Assembly: GCA_002269645.1 (NCBI GenBank)
Contig: NIVC01002334.1
Coordinates: 1 to 64,000, forward strand
Length of the DNA stretch: 64,000 bases
Origin: Macrostomum lignano
Lineage: Eukaryota
Direction of reading: 5' to 3'
Under the pieces are notes generated by a model that worked only from the letters and a program-made list of their open reading frames with translations, was not told where the DNA came from and made no database searches. The first letter of the stretch is position 1; each line of letters begins with the position of its first letter. Both the position numbers and the translations under genes were made by a program. Below are positions 24,601 to 36,100 of this stretch, piece by piece.

Positions 24601-27600
24601 ACCCATAATTAATTGTTTATGCTTACGTTCCAACCTAACTAGTCTTTGTAAAGGTAGTGATTTTTGAGGAGATGAAATGCCACGTTTAAAAAAATGAATA
24701 ACTAAACCAGGAAATTGGATCGCAATTAAATGATTTTTGAAACAAAACATTTTTATTATCAACTCGAACAATATTACCTTTATTATATCTTTTTTTATAA
24801 ACAGCAAAATGAGGCTTAACACTCTCAAAACAAATGCAGGTGGAAACTACGTAATGGCAATATTATTTTAATACGAGTATTATATAATACCCGTATATAG
24901 CAGCTGTTGCACTCCATTGCATATCATGAAAAAGTTGCTATTTGCTGGTTTTGGTTAGATTATCGCTGGCAGATTTCTGCTAGCAAGTCCTCGCTAGCAA
25001 GTCCTTGCTAGCAAATCCTCGCTAGCAAAATTCCTGCTAGCAAACTTCAGCTAGCAGATTTTGTCTAGCAGATTTCGGCTAGCACATTTTGGCTAGCAAA
25101 CTTTGGCTAGCAGATTTTGGCTAGCACATTTCAGCTAGCAAACTTTGGTTAGCAGATTTCGGCTAGCACATTTCGGCTAGCAAACTTCAGCTAGCAGATT
25201 TTGTCTAGCAGATTTCGGCTAGCACATTTTGGCTAGCAAACTTTGGCTAGCAGATTTTGGCTAGCACATTTCAGCTAGCAAACTTTGGTTAGCAGATTTC
25301 GGCTAGCACATTTCGGCTAGCAAACTTTGGCTAGCAGATTTCAGCAAGCAAATTTCTCGCTAGCAAACTTTGGCTAGCAGATTTCCTGCTAGCAAATTTC
25401 ATAGACCCATATGGTGTATTATAATGTTAGTATAGTGCTCTAGCATAGCATGGTTAGTATAAGGATCTTGCATATTCATGCCATACACTGCCATAAGGTC
25501 AAGTGTCTTCAATGATTGTACTTTTATTATTGCCATACTATCACTTATTGCCAATAAAAGTTAAAGTAGTGAGAATAAGACACCCAAATACCTCTGATGT
25601 TGCAGCTTTAGATATGGCTTTGACAAGACCACAAAATGATCATAATGGTTGCAAAGGTCTGTAATAGCCTATTTTGATATCTATTTGATACAATCAATTT
25701 GAATGAAAGTGCTAATGAAGTCATCAATTTAGCCCATAAGTGGATTCAGGATTTATATATTGATAACTTTTACTATTGCAAAGTTAATTATGCAACTCAA
25801 TTATATATTTGCTTTGCTTTTCTTGTGCCATATTAGGCTTTAACCATCGACAGAAACAAAGTGAAATTGCTTCATAAAAATCAATAAGGTGCAGCCATTG
25901 CCATTCACAATAAAAATTACATAGGTCCTTTTCTATATCAAGGTGATATAGATGTGCTCCAGATGCAAGTCAATGATTCTACAGCATTTCTACCATGACT
26001 CAGATAAAACTAGATAAAACTAGAAAGATTTAATACTTTCTAGACACTTCAAGGTTTAGTATAACTCTTTTACAAGAATATATCCTGTAAAAGAGATTGG
26101 CATACTCAAAAGTCACTCAAAAACCATTTATGAATTATGATCAATAGTACTGTATGAGCATAGTTGAGACAGCAGGGTCCATAGTTTACCATATAATGAG
26201 TAAGTTACATGAAATTAATTAGCTATGCTTACATATTCGGATATGGAAAATTTTCGGTTACAGTGAACATACGTGCGAAACAGTCGGCCGACCGATTTGG
26301 CGGCAAACCAAGGAAGTCGCAAAAATGCCCACCCGAAAAAATAACGTAGTAGTACTAAGTAGCTGACGAGGCATTTTGGCTTAATAAGACAGTTAAAGTT
26401 GCTCCAGCCGTTTACCCAAATTTGCTTTAGGGTTTTTTTACATCTAAGTCGCATTTTTGGCCAAAAACTACGTCGCATTTTTTTTAAAACTAAGTCGCAT
26501 GAATGACAGTGAAGATCGATGCAAAGAAAAGTTTGTTTATTGCATTAAAAATTTGTAGAATGGCGGCTACCCTGTTTGTTCAACCGTTGGATCTGGTGAA
26601 GAATCGAATGCAGCTCAGTGGTATGGGCGGCTCGCAGCGCCTCTATAACAGCTCTTTTCACGCTCTGACATCTATACTTCGAGCCGAGGGTATCACCGGG
26701 GTGTACTCCGGTCTGTCAGCTGGCCTGATGCGTCAGGCCACCTACACCACAACTAGACTTGGCGTCTATACTGCTCTATTCGATGCAGTTAGTGCTAGGA
26801 ATGATAATAAGCCACCATCCTTTGTTGTCAAGGCAACTATTGGGTTAACAGCCGGAGCAATTGGAGCTTTTGTTGGCACCCCGGCTGAGGTGGCTCTGAT
26901 CCGCATGACTGCCGATGGCAGACTGCCAGCTGATCAGAGACGCGGCTACAGCAGCGTGTTTAACGCTTTGGCTAGGATTGTACGCGAAGAAGGCTTAGTG
27001 ACCCTCTGGCGCGGCTGCGTGCCCACAGTTGCCAGGGCAATGGTGGTTAATGCTGCCCAGCTGGCCACCTATTCTCAGGCTAAGCAAACTATCATTAGCT
27101 CGGGTATTATTAGTGTGAGTTGCCTCTAGCCTGCTGTAGATTTGCGATGCTGGTTGTGACTTCCATTGTGACTTCCCCATTGTGACCCTCCCACTGTGAC
27201 TTCCATTGTGACTCTCTCAGTGTGACTCTCCCATTGTGACCCTCCCACTTTGATTCTCCCACTGTGACTCTCCCACAGTGGTTCTTCCATTGTGACTCTT
27301 TCACTGTGACCCCCCCCCCACTGTGACTACTCACATTGTGACCCTCCCACTGTGACTTCCATTGTGACTCTTTCACTGTGACTCCCCCACTGTGACTACT
27401 CACATTGTGACCCTCCCACTGTGACTTCCATTGTGACTCTCTCATTGTGACCCCCCCCCCACTGTGACTACTCACATTGTGACCCTCCCACTGTGACTTC
27501 CATTGTGACTCTCTCATTGTGACTCACATTGTGACTCTCCCACTGTGACTTCCCCATTGTGATTCCTCCATTGTGACTTCCCTTCTGTGACTGTCTCATT

Positions 27601-28487
27601 GTGACTCCTATTGTGACTCTTCAGTCTTCCATTGTGACTCTCTCACTGTAAACCTCGCTCTGTGTTTCTCCCATTGTGACTCTCATTGTGACTCTCACAT
27701 TGTGACTCCCACATTGAGACTGTGACTGTCCCATTGTGACTCTTCCATTGTGACTCTCTCACTGTGGCTCCTATTGTGACTTTCATTGTGACTCTCCCAC
27801 TGTGACTCTCATATTGTAACTTATCCATTGTGACTCTCACTGTGACCCTCGCTCTGTGACTCTCCCACTGTGACTCTCCCATTGTAACACCCAGAATCCC
27901 ATTGTGACTCTCACTTCTATCTTAGTCATGAGTATGGTATATAGTAATATATTACTATACTATACAGTATGCGAACTCAAACCGCCCACTAAAACCCACG
28001 ACAGGACGGCCTTCTGTGCCATTTCGGTGCCAGCATGATCAGCGGCCTGGTCACCACAGCGGCTTCAATGCCAGTTGACATCGTGAAGACTCGCATTCAA
28101 AATATGAAAATGATTGACGGAAAGCCGGAGTTCAATGGTATCACGGTGAGTGCTCACCAAGTGGCAGCTGCCATTCTGACGTTTAAAACTTTAAAATTCT
28201 TGGCATACTCTTTTACACTACTAAACTTATCAGTAGCGTGATTTAGTTTAAACGGATTTTTTTAAATGTTATTCTAATTGAATCGTTAATTTTATCCTCT
28301 CTTACAGGACGTTCTAGCGAAGGTGATCAGGCAGGAAGGCGTGCTGAGCCTGTGGAAAGGTTTCACTCCCTATTATTTTCGATTGGGCCCGCACACTGTG
28401 CTCACCTTCATCTTCTTGGAGCAGATGAATCGATTATATCGTGTCTACGTGCTGAAAGACAGCTCTACTGGATCCTCGTCTCTGTAG
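18630..28487 (+). CDS. SLC25A11: Mitochondrial 2-oxoglutarate/malate carrier, 4 exons, 314 aa
   Basis: Exons 18630-18697, 26559-27114, 28005-28145 and 28308-28487 (945 nt, all phases match). Sequence IKFLFGGSAGMAATLFVQPLDLVKNRMQLSG...PAEVALIRMTADG...SMPVDIVKTRIQNM...WKGFTPYYFRLGPHTVLTFIFLEQMN, with three P-x-D/E-x-x-K/R carrier motifs. Confidence 0.96.
20279..21639 (-). mobile_element. Crypton-like (DUF3504-type) tyrosine recombinase pseudogene in SLC25A11 intron 1
   Basis: Motifs YFGLRGQE, SKNSK, CPVAALKMY, LGKNII, YTNHCICVT, TGHKNLESVEQY. A frameshift at ~20940 comes from a short duplication (TTCTGAG TTCTGAA on the - strand), and the HxxR Arg is replaced by Cys. Element ends not found. Confidence 0.82.
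23623..25408. mobile_element. Foldback/MULE-like non-autonomous element with inverted arms of ~14-bp GCTAGC-core repeats
   Basis: Left arm (GCTAGCCAAAATCT)n at 23634-23826 and reverse-complement right arm at 24968-25400. GGG...CCC termini and a 9-bp near-TSD GTATGGTGT / ATATGGTGT. Confidence 0.75.
27145..27915. repeat. Degenerate minisatellite (CATTGTGACTCTCC-like) in SLC25A11 intron 2
   Basis: Dozens of TGTGAC-core units with some higher-order repetition. Explains ORFs 27110..27517 and 27643..27882. Confidence 0.9.
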
Positions 28488-29762
28488 GATTTGTGTTGTT
28501 TTATTTTTCTTGAAGTTGATTTTTTTAAAAACGGCACCGGGTCAATAAAGTTATTTTCGATACATATCGGGCTTGGACGCCAATGGAAATTATATTTATG
28601 AGTCAGGACCTGCAGCTGCTCCAAAATTAAACGAAAACTGTGTTCAATAAATTTAGTATTTTTAATAACTTAGCCATATTTTAGAAGTAGCATATTTTTC
28701 ATAGTAAATAGCTTTAATCTGTCTAATGTAATTAATTATTCTATTTTTGACTATAGTTTCAATTTGTTTATTCTCTGACCCTTGCAAATGCTTTTTAATA
28801 AACTATATAAATGCTGCATGAGTATTTTTAAGTGCCGACCACTGCTGTTTATTGTGTATTTTTTTCAACTGCTTGATTTGACAGAAATGATCGATTTCAA
28901 TATTAAGACTGAACCCTGTTTTATCCTTACTATCATGATAAACAAATAAATATATTGTATTGATGACAATTTACTTAAAAGCATAACAGAATTGCAAGTT
29001 TATTGGAAGAGAAAAGACACACACATACTGGTTAAAAGGTTAGCTTTTTATTTTACTTTGTTTAAAAACGCATTGTAGTTTAAGACATTGTTGTTAATCT
29101 CAGTAGTAAGTTTGATAGTTTATTTAGTAATTATTCTATTTTTTGGCAATAAAAATGTACAAATTCAGTTATTGATAGTCTCGCTTTTGAATTGGTGCGC
29201 TTCTTACAATATTAACTATAACAAATATTGTGTCTGAAAATTTGTTTTAATGGTATTATGTACATACTGTAAGCGCATTACGCAAAATACAATATTATAT
29301 AATATTTAGCCGCAATTTTAACAAAACTGGAGGATTGAACGGCTACATGAAATTATGAGCAACATCAAAATCAACCATTAAATTAGTTGTATCAATCATA
29401 GCGTTGGTGATTCGTTCATGCCGTCCTGTTGACAATGAAAAAGTTATAATCATATTTTCATCCTAATTCGCACCCATAATGATCCTCAATCATAATGGGA
29501 ATACCCAGAGTAATCCCCAAGGAATAGAGTGCACCACATGCCTGATGAGTTAGATAGTCGGGGCCGCTGTGTACACCCTGTGTGAGCGCGTGTCTGTGAG
29601 TGCGTGCCAGCGTACACAGTATTGGCTTAGCTTGTACATGTATATTCTCAGGAGTCGGCGGTATGGGCAGAATTGACGTCAGCGCTGATGGCGGTAGGAT
29701 GTCATGAGTGCCCATTTACAGCCTGCTTACAAATATTAATTATAATCCACCCAACCCTTAAC

Positions 29763-30095
29763 CAGGGGTCGGCAAACTTTTACCTTGATCGAGGGCCAAA
29801 TACAGACCGCTCGGGGTCTTTTGAAACTTCTTCACAATAGCAATCCGGCCCGCTCAATGTTTATCTCTTCTCTCTAATCTCAACTTTACTCTCTTTCTCT
29901 CTCCTCTCCCTTCTACTCTCTCCTTTTCTCTCCTCGTCTCCTCTCGTCTCTCCTCATTTATCTCCCCCTTCTATCTCCTGCGGGAGAGGAGGAGAGAAGA
30001 GTAGAGATGAAATAAGAGAGGAAAGAAAATTGAGCGGGCTGCTACTGTGGACGGTATCAATTAGGACCCGAGGGGCCGGAGTTTGCGGACCCCTG
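29763..30095. mobile_element. hAT/Charlie-like MITE just downstream of the SLC17 stop codon
   Basis: TIRs CAGGGGTCGGCAAAC / GTTTGCGGACCCCTG. Internal IR GCCCGCTCAAT...ATTGAGCGGGC around CT/GA-rich tracts. No matching TSD. Confidence 0.65.
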
Positions 30096-30132
30096 ACCGT
30101 CTTTGACCAGATGCTTATATTAGATGAAAATT

Positions 30133-33100
30133 CTAGCAGCTATCAAGACCCCCATCTCGATTCCAGTCTGTCTGTCTCGATCGATTTCGGCTGTGCTGTT
30201 CCGCTGTACTCCCATGAGCTGTGGTCGACTTGACCTCCGTAGCCGCCTCCGAAGAGTCAAACGTCCACGACTGCTCCTCAGCCGAAGCGAACAGTAGGTA
30301 GACTGTGCCAGCAATGAGCTGGGTGGCTGCAGCACTGCTCAAAGCGATCTGCCACTCCAGTTTCACTTGGTCAGTATCGTTGCTATTGCTGCGAACGATC
30401 ATAGCGGCTATGACTGTGGACATCATTCCTGCGGTTTGAAATTCGTTAGGAGTTCGTCAGCAATCTTGGAAAACAAAGCTATAGCTGGGTATCTTCTGCT
30501 AGCTCAATAATTCACAACTTTGAAATTTAGAAAATGTGGGTTGATCCAGTGAATGTAAATATTAATGTTTGTGTCTTTGGACAATGGTTTTGGTCCTTGG
30601 ACAACGGGTTTGTGTATTTGGACGATGATTTGGGTCTTTGAACCATCGTTTGTGTCCTTGAACAACGGTTTGTGTTTTTCGACAACGGTTTTGTGTCTTT
30701 GTACAATGGTTTATGACTTCGGACAATCGTGTGTGTCTTTAGACAGCGGTTTGTGTCTTTAGATATTAGTTTATGTCTTTGGACAATGGTTTATGTCTTT
30801 AGGGCATCAGTTTGTGTCTTTGGACATGGTTAGACAGTGTTTTAGCTCAAAAGTTTTTCTTAGCTATCAAAGGACGCTTGTTCCCCAAAAAATCATTGGA
30901 GCTAAGTGGCTCTTCCATTTACAGCTGCTGTCCGCAAGCAATCCGTTTGAAGTCACTTTGCTTGCCGTCGGCCTGCCCTGAGACTATAACAACCCGAAAA
31001 TAAACCAAAAAAGCCGACAGTGATAATAAGAGTACACGCGCGCTCATAATTGCAGCGGAATCTGTCTTCTCGTGCCTCTGCTCGCTAAATAATTGATTGC
31101 TAACTAACTTCAGTACTTCACTTTCCTATGAGAGCAGCCGTTCCTTGATGTGTGTAATCATCTTGTCGATGTTACTCGCTTTGTTGGGGAAAATTAGAGG
31201 GAGTTTGGGGCGATGCCGCTGGGATAAAACAAGTAATGTAATTGCCCTAATTAGGCAGAGTGAAGAGGCCTCAAGGGAATGAACGAAATAGGCCTGTTGC
31301 ACCTTACTTTATTTAGCTATATAGGAATTTCTCCAATCTTACCTGTGAAAGTGCTGATACTGTTGGCGAATCCCATCACTAATCCCGAAAAGTTTGGGGC
31401 CAAGTCGATCACGTTCACGGCGTAGCCCGCGACTGCCAGGCCAGAGAATCCTGAAATTTCGATTTTAATAATTGCACTGCCTTTTGCTGTCATATTTGGC
31501 CGTGAACAGGTTGCAGCTTGCAAGCACATGCGGTATTCAGGAGACGAGTCATCTATTATTTACGGAAACTGCTGCTAAAATGCTTCAGGACCAACATCAC
31601 TTCTGCCCAAGGCATGATTTGGGAAGCACATTTAAATACAAAAAGTAACATCTTCAAGACAATAGCACCAACTTCAAGACATTTAACACAAGCTTCAAGA
31701 CATTTAAGACCAGCTTCAAGACATTAACAATAACTTCAAGATAAATCAACAGCTTTAAGACACTAACAATAACAGCAACTTCAAGGCAATAATAGCAACT
31801 TCAAGGAAATTACAGAAACTTCAAGACAATAACAAAAACTTTAGGACAGTAACAACAACTTCAAGACATTTAACACCAGCTCAAGGCAATAGCATCAACT
31901 TCGAAACAGTACCAACATCAAGACATTTAACACTAACTTCAAGACAATAACAACAGCTTCAAGACAATAACAACAACTTCAAGACAGTACCAACATCAAG
32001 ACATTTTTATCACCAACTTCAAGAAAATAACAGCAACTTCAAGACAATAACAACAGCTTCAAGACAATAGCACCAACTTCAAGACATTAACAACAACTTC
32101 AAGACAGTAACAACAACTTTAAGACAGTAACAACAACTTCAAGACATTTAACACCAGCTCAAGGCAATAGCATCAACTTCGAGACAGTACCAACATCAAG
32201 ACATTTAACACCAAGTTCAAGACAATAACAGCAACTTCAAGACAATAACAACAGCTTCAAGACAATAACAACAACTTCAAGACATTAATGTCCCATCCTA
32301 GTCCAGTAACTGATTAGAATTTTGACGATTATTTACGAGGTAAGATGGGGATGAAGATAATACAACAAAAATACGGAAAAGTTCTGTCTATCTAATCTGA
32401 ATGCATACATACATTCAATGTACCAAGCCTGCAGTGCAAGTAGACCATACGAGCGTATTGGCTAAAGTACAACCATCACAGCTAACTGTGTGCCAACGCG
32501 AACAAAGCTGGAACCATGCAGTGTCATCTTACAGCATTGAGAAATTTAAGCTGCATTTTACGTGAAGGCTCGACTAAACTAAACTTAAGCTAATTCTTTT
32601 ATCTTAATAGCTAAGACCATTTCCCCTCCCAAGACCATGACGGTGTCAAGTTGGCTTGATCTACATCTGGCTGTCGACAAACGATTTCACGCTTGAACTG
32701 AAAACGCGTGGGAAGGTCTGAAGAAGAATGCTGAAATTTGACGACCTTGTTGGAGTCTTCATTTTCTTCTGTGGAACTTCCATGGAGACAAAAGCCGGAC
32801 TGTCCTTCAGTATCAATGATGTTCCGCACAAACTCTTTAAGAAACTAATCATCCAAATTTCATTCTTCTTAGTGTTCAAGGTGGTTGCGCAGCCTCCATT
32901 TTTCTTCTCCAGCTCCGAATCCTATCCAGCAGAAAGTCGCTATCATCCATGCATGCAGTGTTTGCTCCTTTTCGCTGACCACGTGTCTTAACCTGCCCGC
33001 TAATTGTATGCTTTGTCCAGCTTGTTTCCTTCAAGGACAAACCTATAGTCTATGGTATAAAATGGAGGTTTCATCTCCGGATCCTCATCTGTACAGTGTT

Positions 33101-36100
33101 CATCCTTCAAGAGCAAGAGTTTAGTCTATGGTATAGAAAGCAGGGCTTCACCTCCACAACCCCAATCTGCGCCGTGAGTGCTCCATTTACTGAAACTTTA
33201 ATAATAGTTGGTAATAAATACCCGTACATTCCCCACTTTGTTTCAATGTTCTGTGGCCGCAAACGGTTGAGGACTCGTTTATTGTCCCACTCAAACTTAT
33301 ATCCACCGTTCATAGTTTTTGGCATGTCCGTTGATATGATGCATTATGACTAATAATGCTAACTTCCTGGCTACCTGACCCCTCCAGCTCCAATGGTATT
33401 ATCTGAACGATATAGGCTGAGAGTGCACAGGCAACTATGATGAGGGTGTTGTAACCCGGGGGAGCGCCACGGCTACGCCTCAAGGATAATCTGATTGACT
33501 GCTACATCCCGTCGGACATGCAGAGTGAGGCGAGCAGAGATGGAAGAAAGAGAAGCGAACAGGGAGGAGAGTGTGAGAGCCTGTTGAGACGGCGAGATTG
33601 TTGTGGAAAAAAACCTTGAAAAGGAGCAGCCGAGAGCTACGCTGAGCAAGCAAGGGGGGGGCTGCTGGGGGCGCAGGAAGATGGGAAACGTGATTATCGC
33701 CAGGGCATCCCAACAGAGAGCCCGGGGCCTCTCTTAAGCAGGAAGTCAAAGTCAGGCAGTGAGGAAAGACTTTCAAGCCTCTATGCTCTCAGTGTAAGAC
33801 TCGGGCATTGCGGTGCGTCCCCCCTATAGTAGGGGCAATGACGCTAAGAAAAGAAATGACGCACCAATTGAAGGGGATAACCTAGGAACAAAATTGCAAA
33901 TATGACACCTCTAAAGATATATCCGAGATATTAAGAGGCAACTATGACGCAATTAAAAAATCTTTCTACGCTACTGCAAGTAGAAATGATGATATATCCT
34001 TTCACATACCCAAATGAAAAAAGTTGAACAAAATTCCCTCCCAAAAAATATCTTCCACACAAAATATAGCAAAAAGCGAAAACTGGCTCAAAAAACTAAA
34101 AGCAAATTAATATGACTGAGTGTCATTCCTAAGCTCTCCATTTGATTCTATATATTGACAGCGCTAGTTAGAGATTCTGAGAGTAGTGGGCTCTGCGTCC
34201 TCTTTGCACCTGTGTATATCAGCCCCTTGAGTGTCATTTCTAAGCTCTCCATTTGATTCTATATATTGACAGTGCTAGTTAGAGATGCTGAGAGAAGCGG
34301 GCTCTGCGTCATCTTTGCACCTGTGTATATCAGCCCCATTGAGTGTCATTTCTAAGCTCTCCATTTGATTCTATATATTGACAGTGCAAGTTAGAGATGC
34401 TGAGAGAAGCGGGCTCTGCGTCATCTTTGCACCTGTGTATATCAGCCCCATTGAGTGTCATTTCTAAGCTCTCCATTTGATTCTATATATTGACAGCGCT
34501 AGTTAGAGATTCTGAGAGTAGCGGGCTCTGCGTCATCTTTGCACCTGTGTATATTAGCCCCATTGAGTGTCATTTCTAAGCTCTCCATTTGATTCTATAT
34601 ATTGACAGTGCTAGTTAGAGATGCTGAGAGAAGCGGGCTCTGCGTCATCTTTGCACCTGTGTATATCAGCCCTATTGAGTGTCATTTCTAAGCTCTTCAT
34701 TTGATTCTATATATTGACAGCGCTAGTTAGAGATTCTGAGAGAAGCGGGCTCTGCGTCATCTTTGCACCTGTGTATATCAGCCCCATTGAGTGTCATTTC
34801 TAAGCTCTCCATTTGATTCTATACATTGACAGCGCTAGTTAGAGATTCTGAGAGTAGCGGGCTCTGCGTCATCTTTGCACCTGTGTATATCAGCCCCATT
34901 GAGTGTCATTTCTAAGCTCTCCATTTAATTCTATATATTGACAGTGCAAGTTAGAGATGCTGAGAGAAGCGGGCTCTGCGTCATCTTTGCACCTGTGTAT
35001 ATCAGCCCCATTGAGTGTCATTTCTAAGCTCTCCATTTAATTCTATATATTGACAGCGCTAGTTAGAGATTCTGAGAGAAGCAGGCTCTGCGTCATCTTT
35101 GCACCTGTGTATATCAGCCCCATTGAGTGTCATTTCTAAGCTCTCCATTTGATTCTATATATTGACAGTGCAAGTTAGAGATGCTGAGAGAAGCGGGCTC
35201 TGCGTCATCTTTGCACCTGTGTATATCAGCCCCATTGAGTGTCATTTTTAAGCTCTCCATTTAATTCTATATATTGACAGCGCAAGTTAGAGATGCTGAG
35301 AGAAGCGGGCTCTGCGTCATCTTTGAACCTGTGTATATCAGCCCCATTGAGTGTCATTTTTAAGCTCTCCATTTAATTCTATATATTGACAGCGCTAGTT
35401 AGAGATGCTGAGAGAAGCGGACCACTCTGTTTGCGGCATTCGTTGTCGGGTAAAGTGCATTATGCATGTAATGTGTATTTTTGCATTTGCTGTCAGTATT
35501 TGACAAGCGTAATAATTTGCTAAGAATAGGAATTAGGAATGTTTTTAGGAGCGTAGAAACTGAAGAAAAAGGTATATTGAATCGCCCGTTTATATTGTTG
35601 TGTTTTAAGAAGCATTTAAATTTAGTGAAAGTTATTTTGTAAAATAGGTGTTTAATACATTAAAAAAATGATGAAGCCAAGGAAGCAATTTATTTCTTTG
35701 TTATGTTTTTCCCAAGTCGTAGTATAGTAGATGCATAAGCATTTATGAGGCATAAGCAAAGGCATAGGCATACGCATAGACATAAGCATACATGTATAAG
35801 CATTTATAAGGCATAAGCAAAGGCATAGGCATACGCATAGACATAAGCATACATGTATAAGCAGAAGCATAGATTAAATTTTTGATAACACAGTTTCCAG
35901 GCGGCAGTCACGTCCCAATTTGCTCACCTCTGCCATGCGTTGGTAAGCTTGGCAGAGCTGCTTTGAAGAGTTTTTCGGAGCCGCCTCTACTCCGCTGGCG
36001 AAGCGCCACTGGTGCAGCCACGCGCTAGTAGGTGGCTCGTCAAAAAATTGGACATGAATTTGTTTCGAGCAAAAGCCCTTGGTGCACTTTTTTCCGCGCC

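Noticed and set aside
30565-32290. The two ~21-bp arrays around SLC17 exon 3 as an inverted pair
   Set aside because: Reverse-complement similarity is limited to a short AAGAC core, which is insufficient.
33450-33890. Solo LTR (TGTAAC...GGAACA)
   Set aside because: No TSD, PBS/PPT or partner LTR could be shown, and the right part overlaps the motif-rich flank of the YR element.
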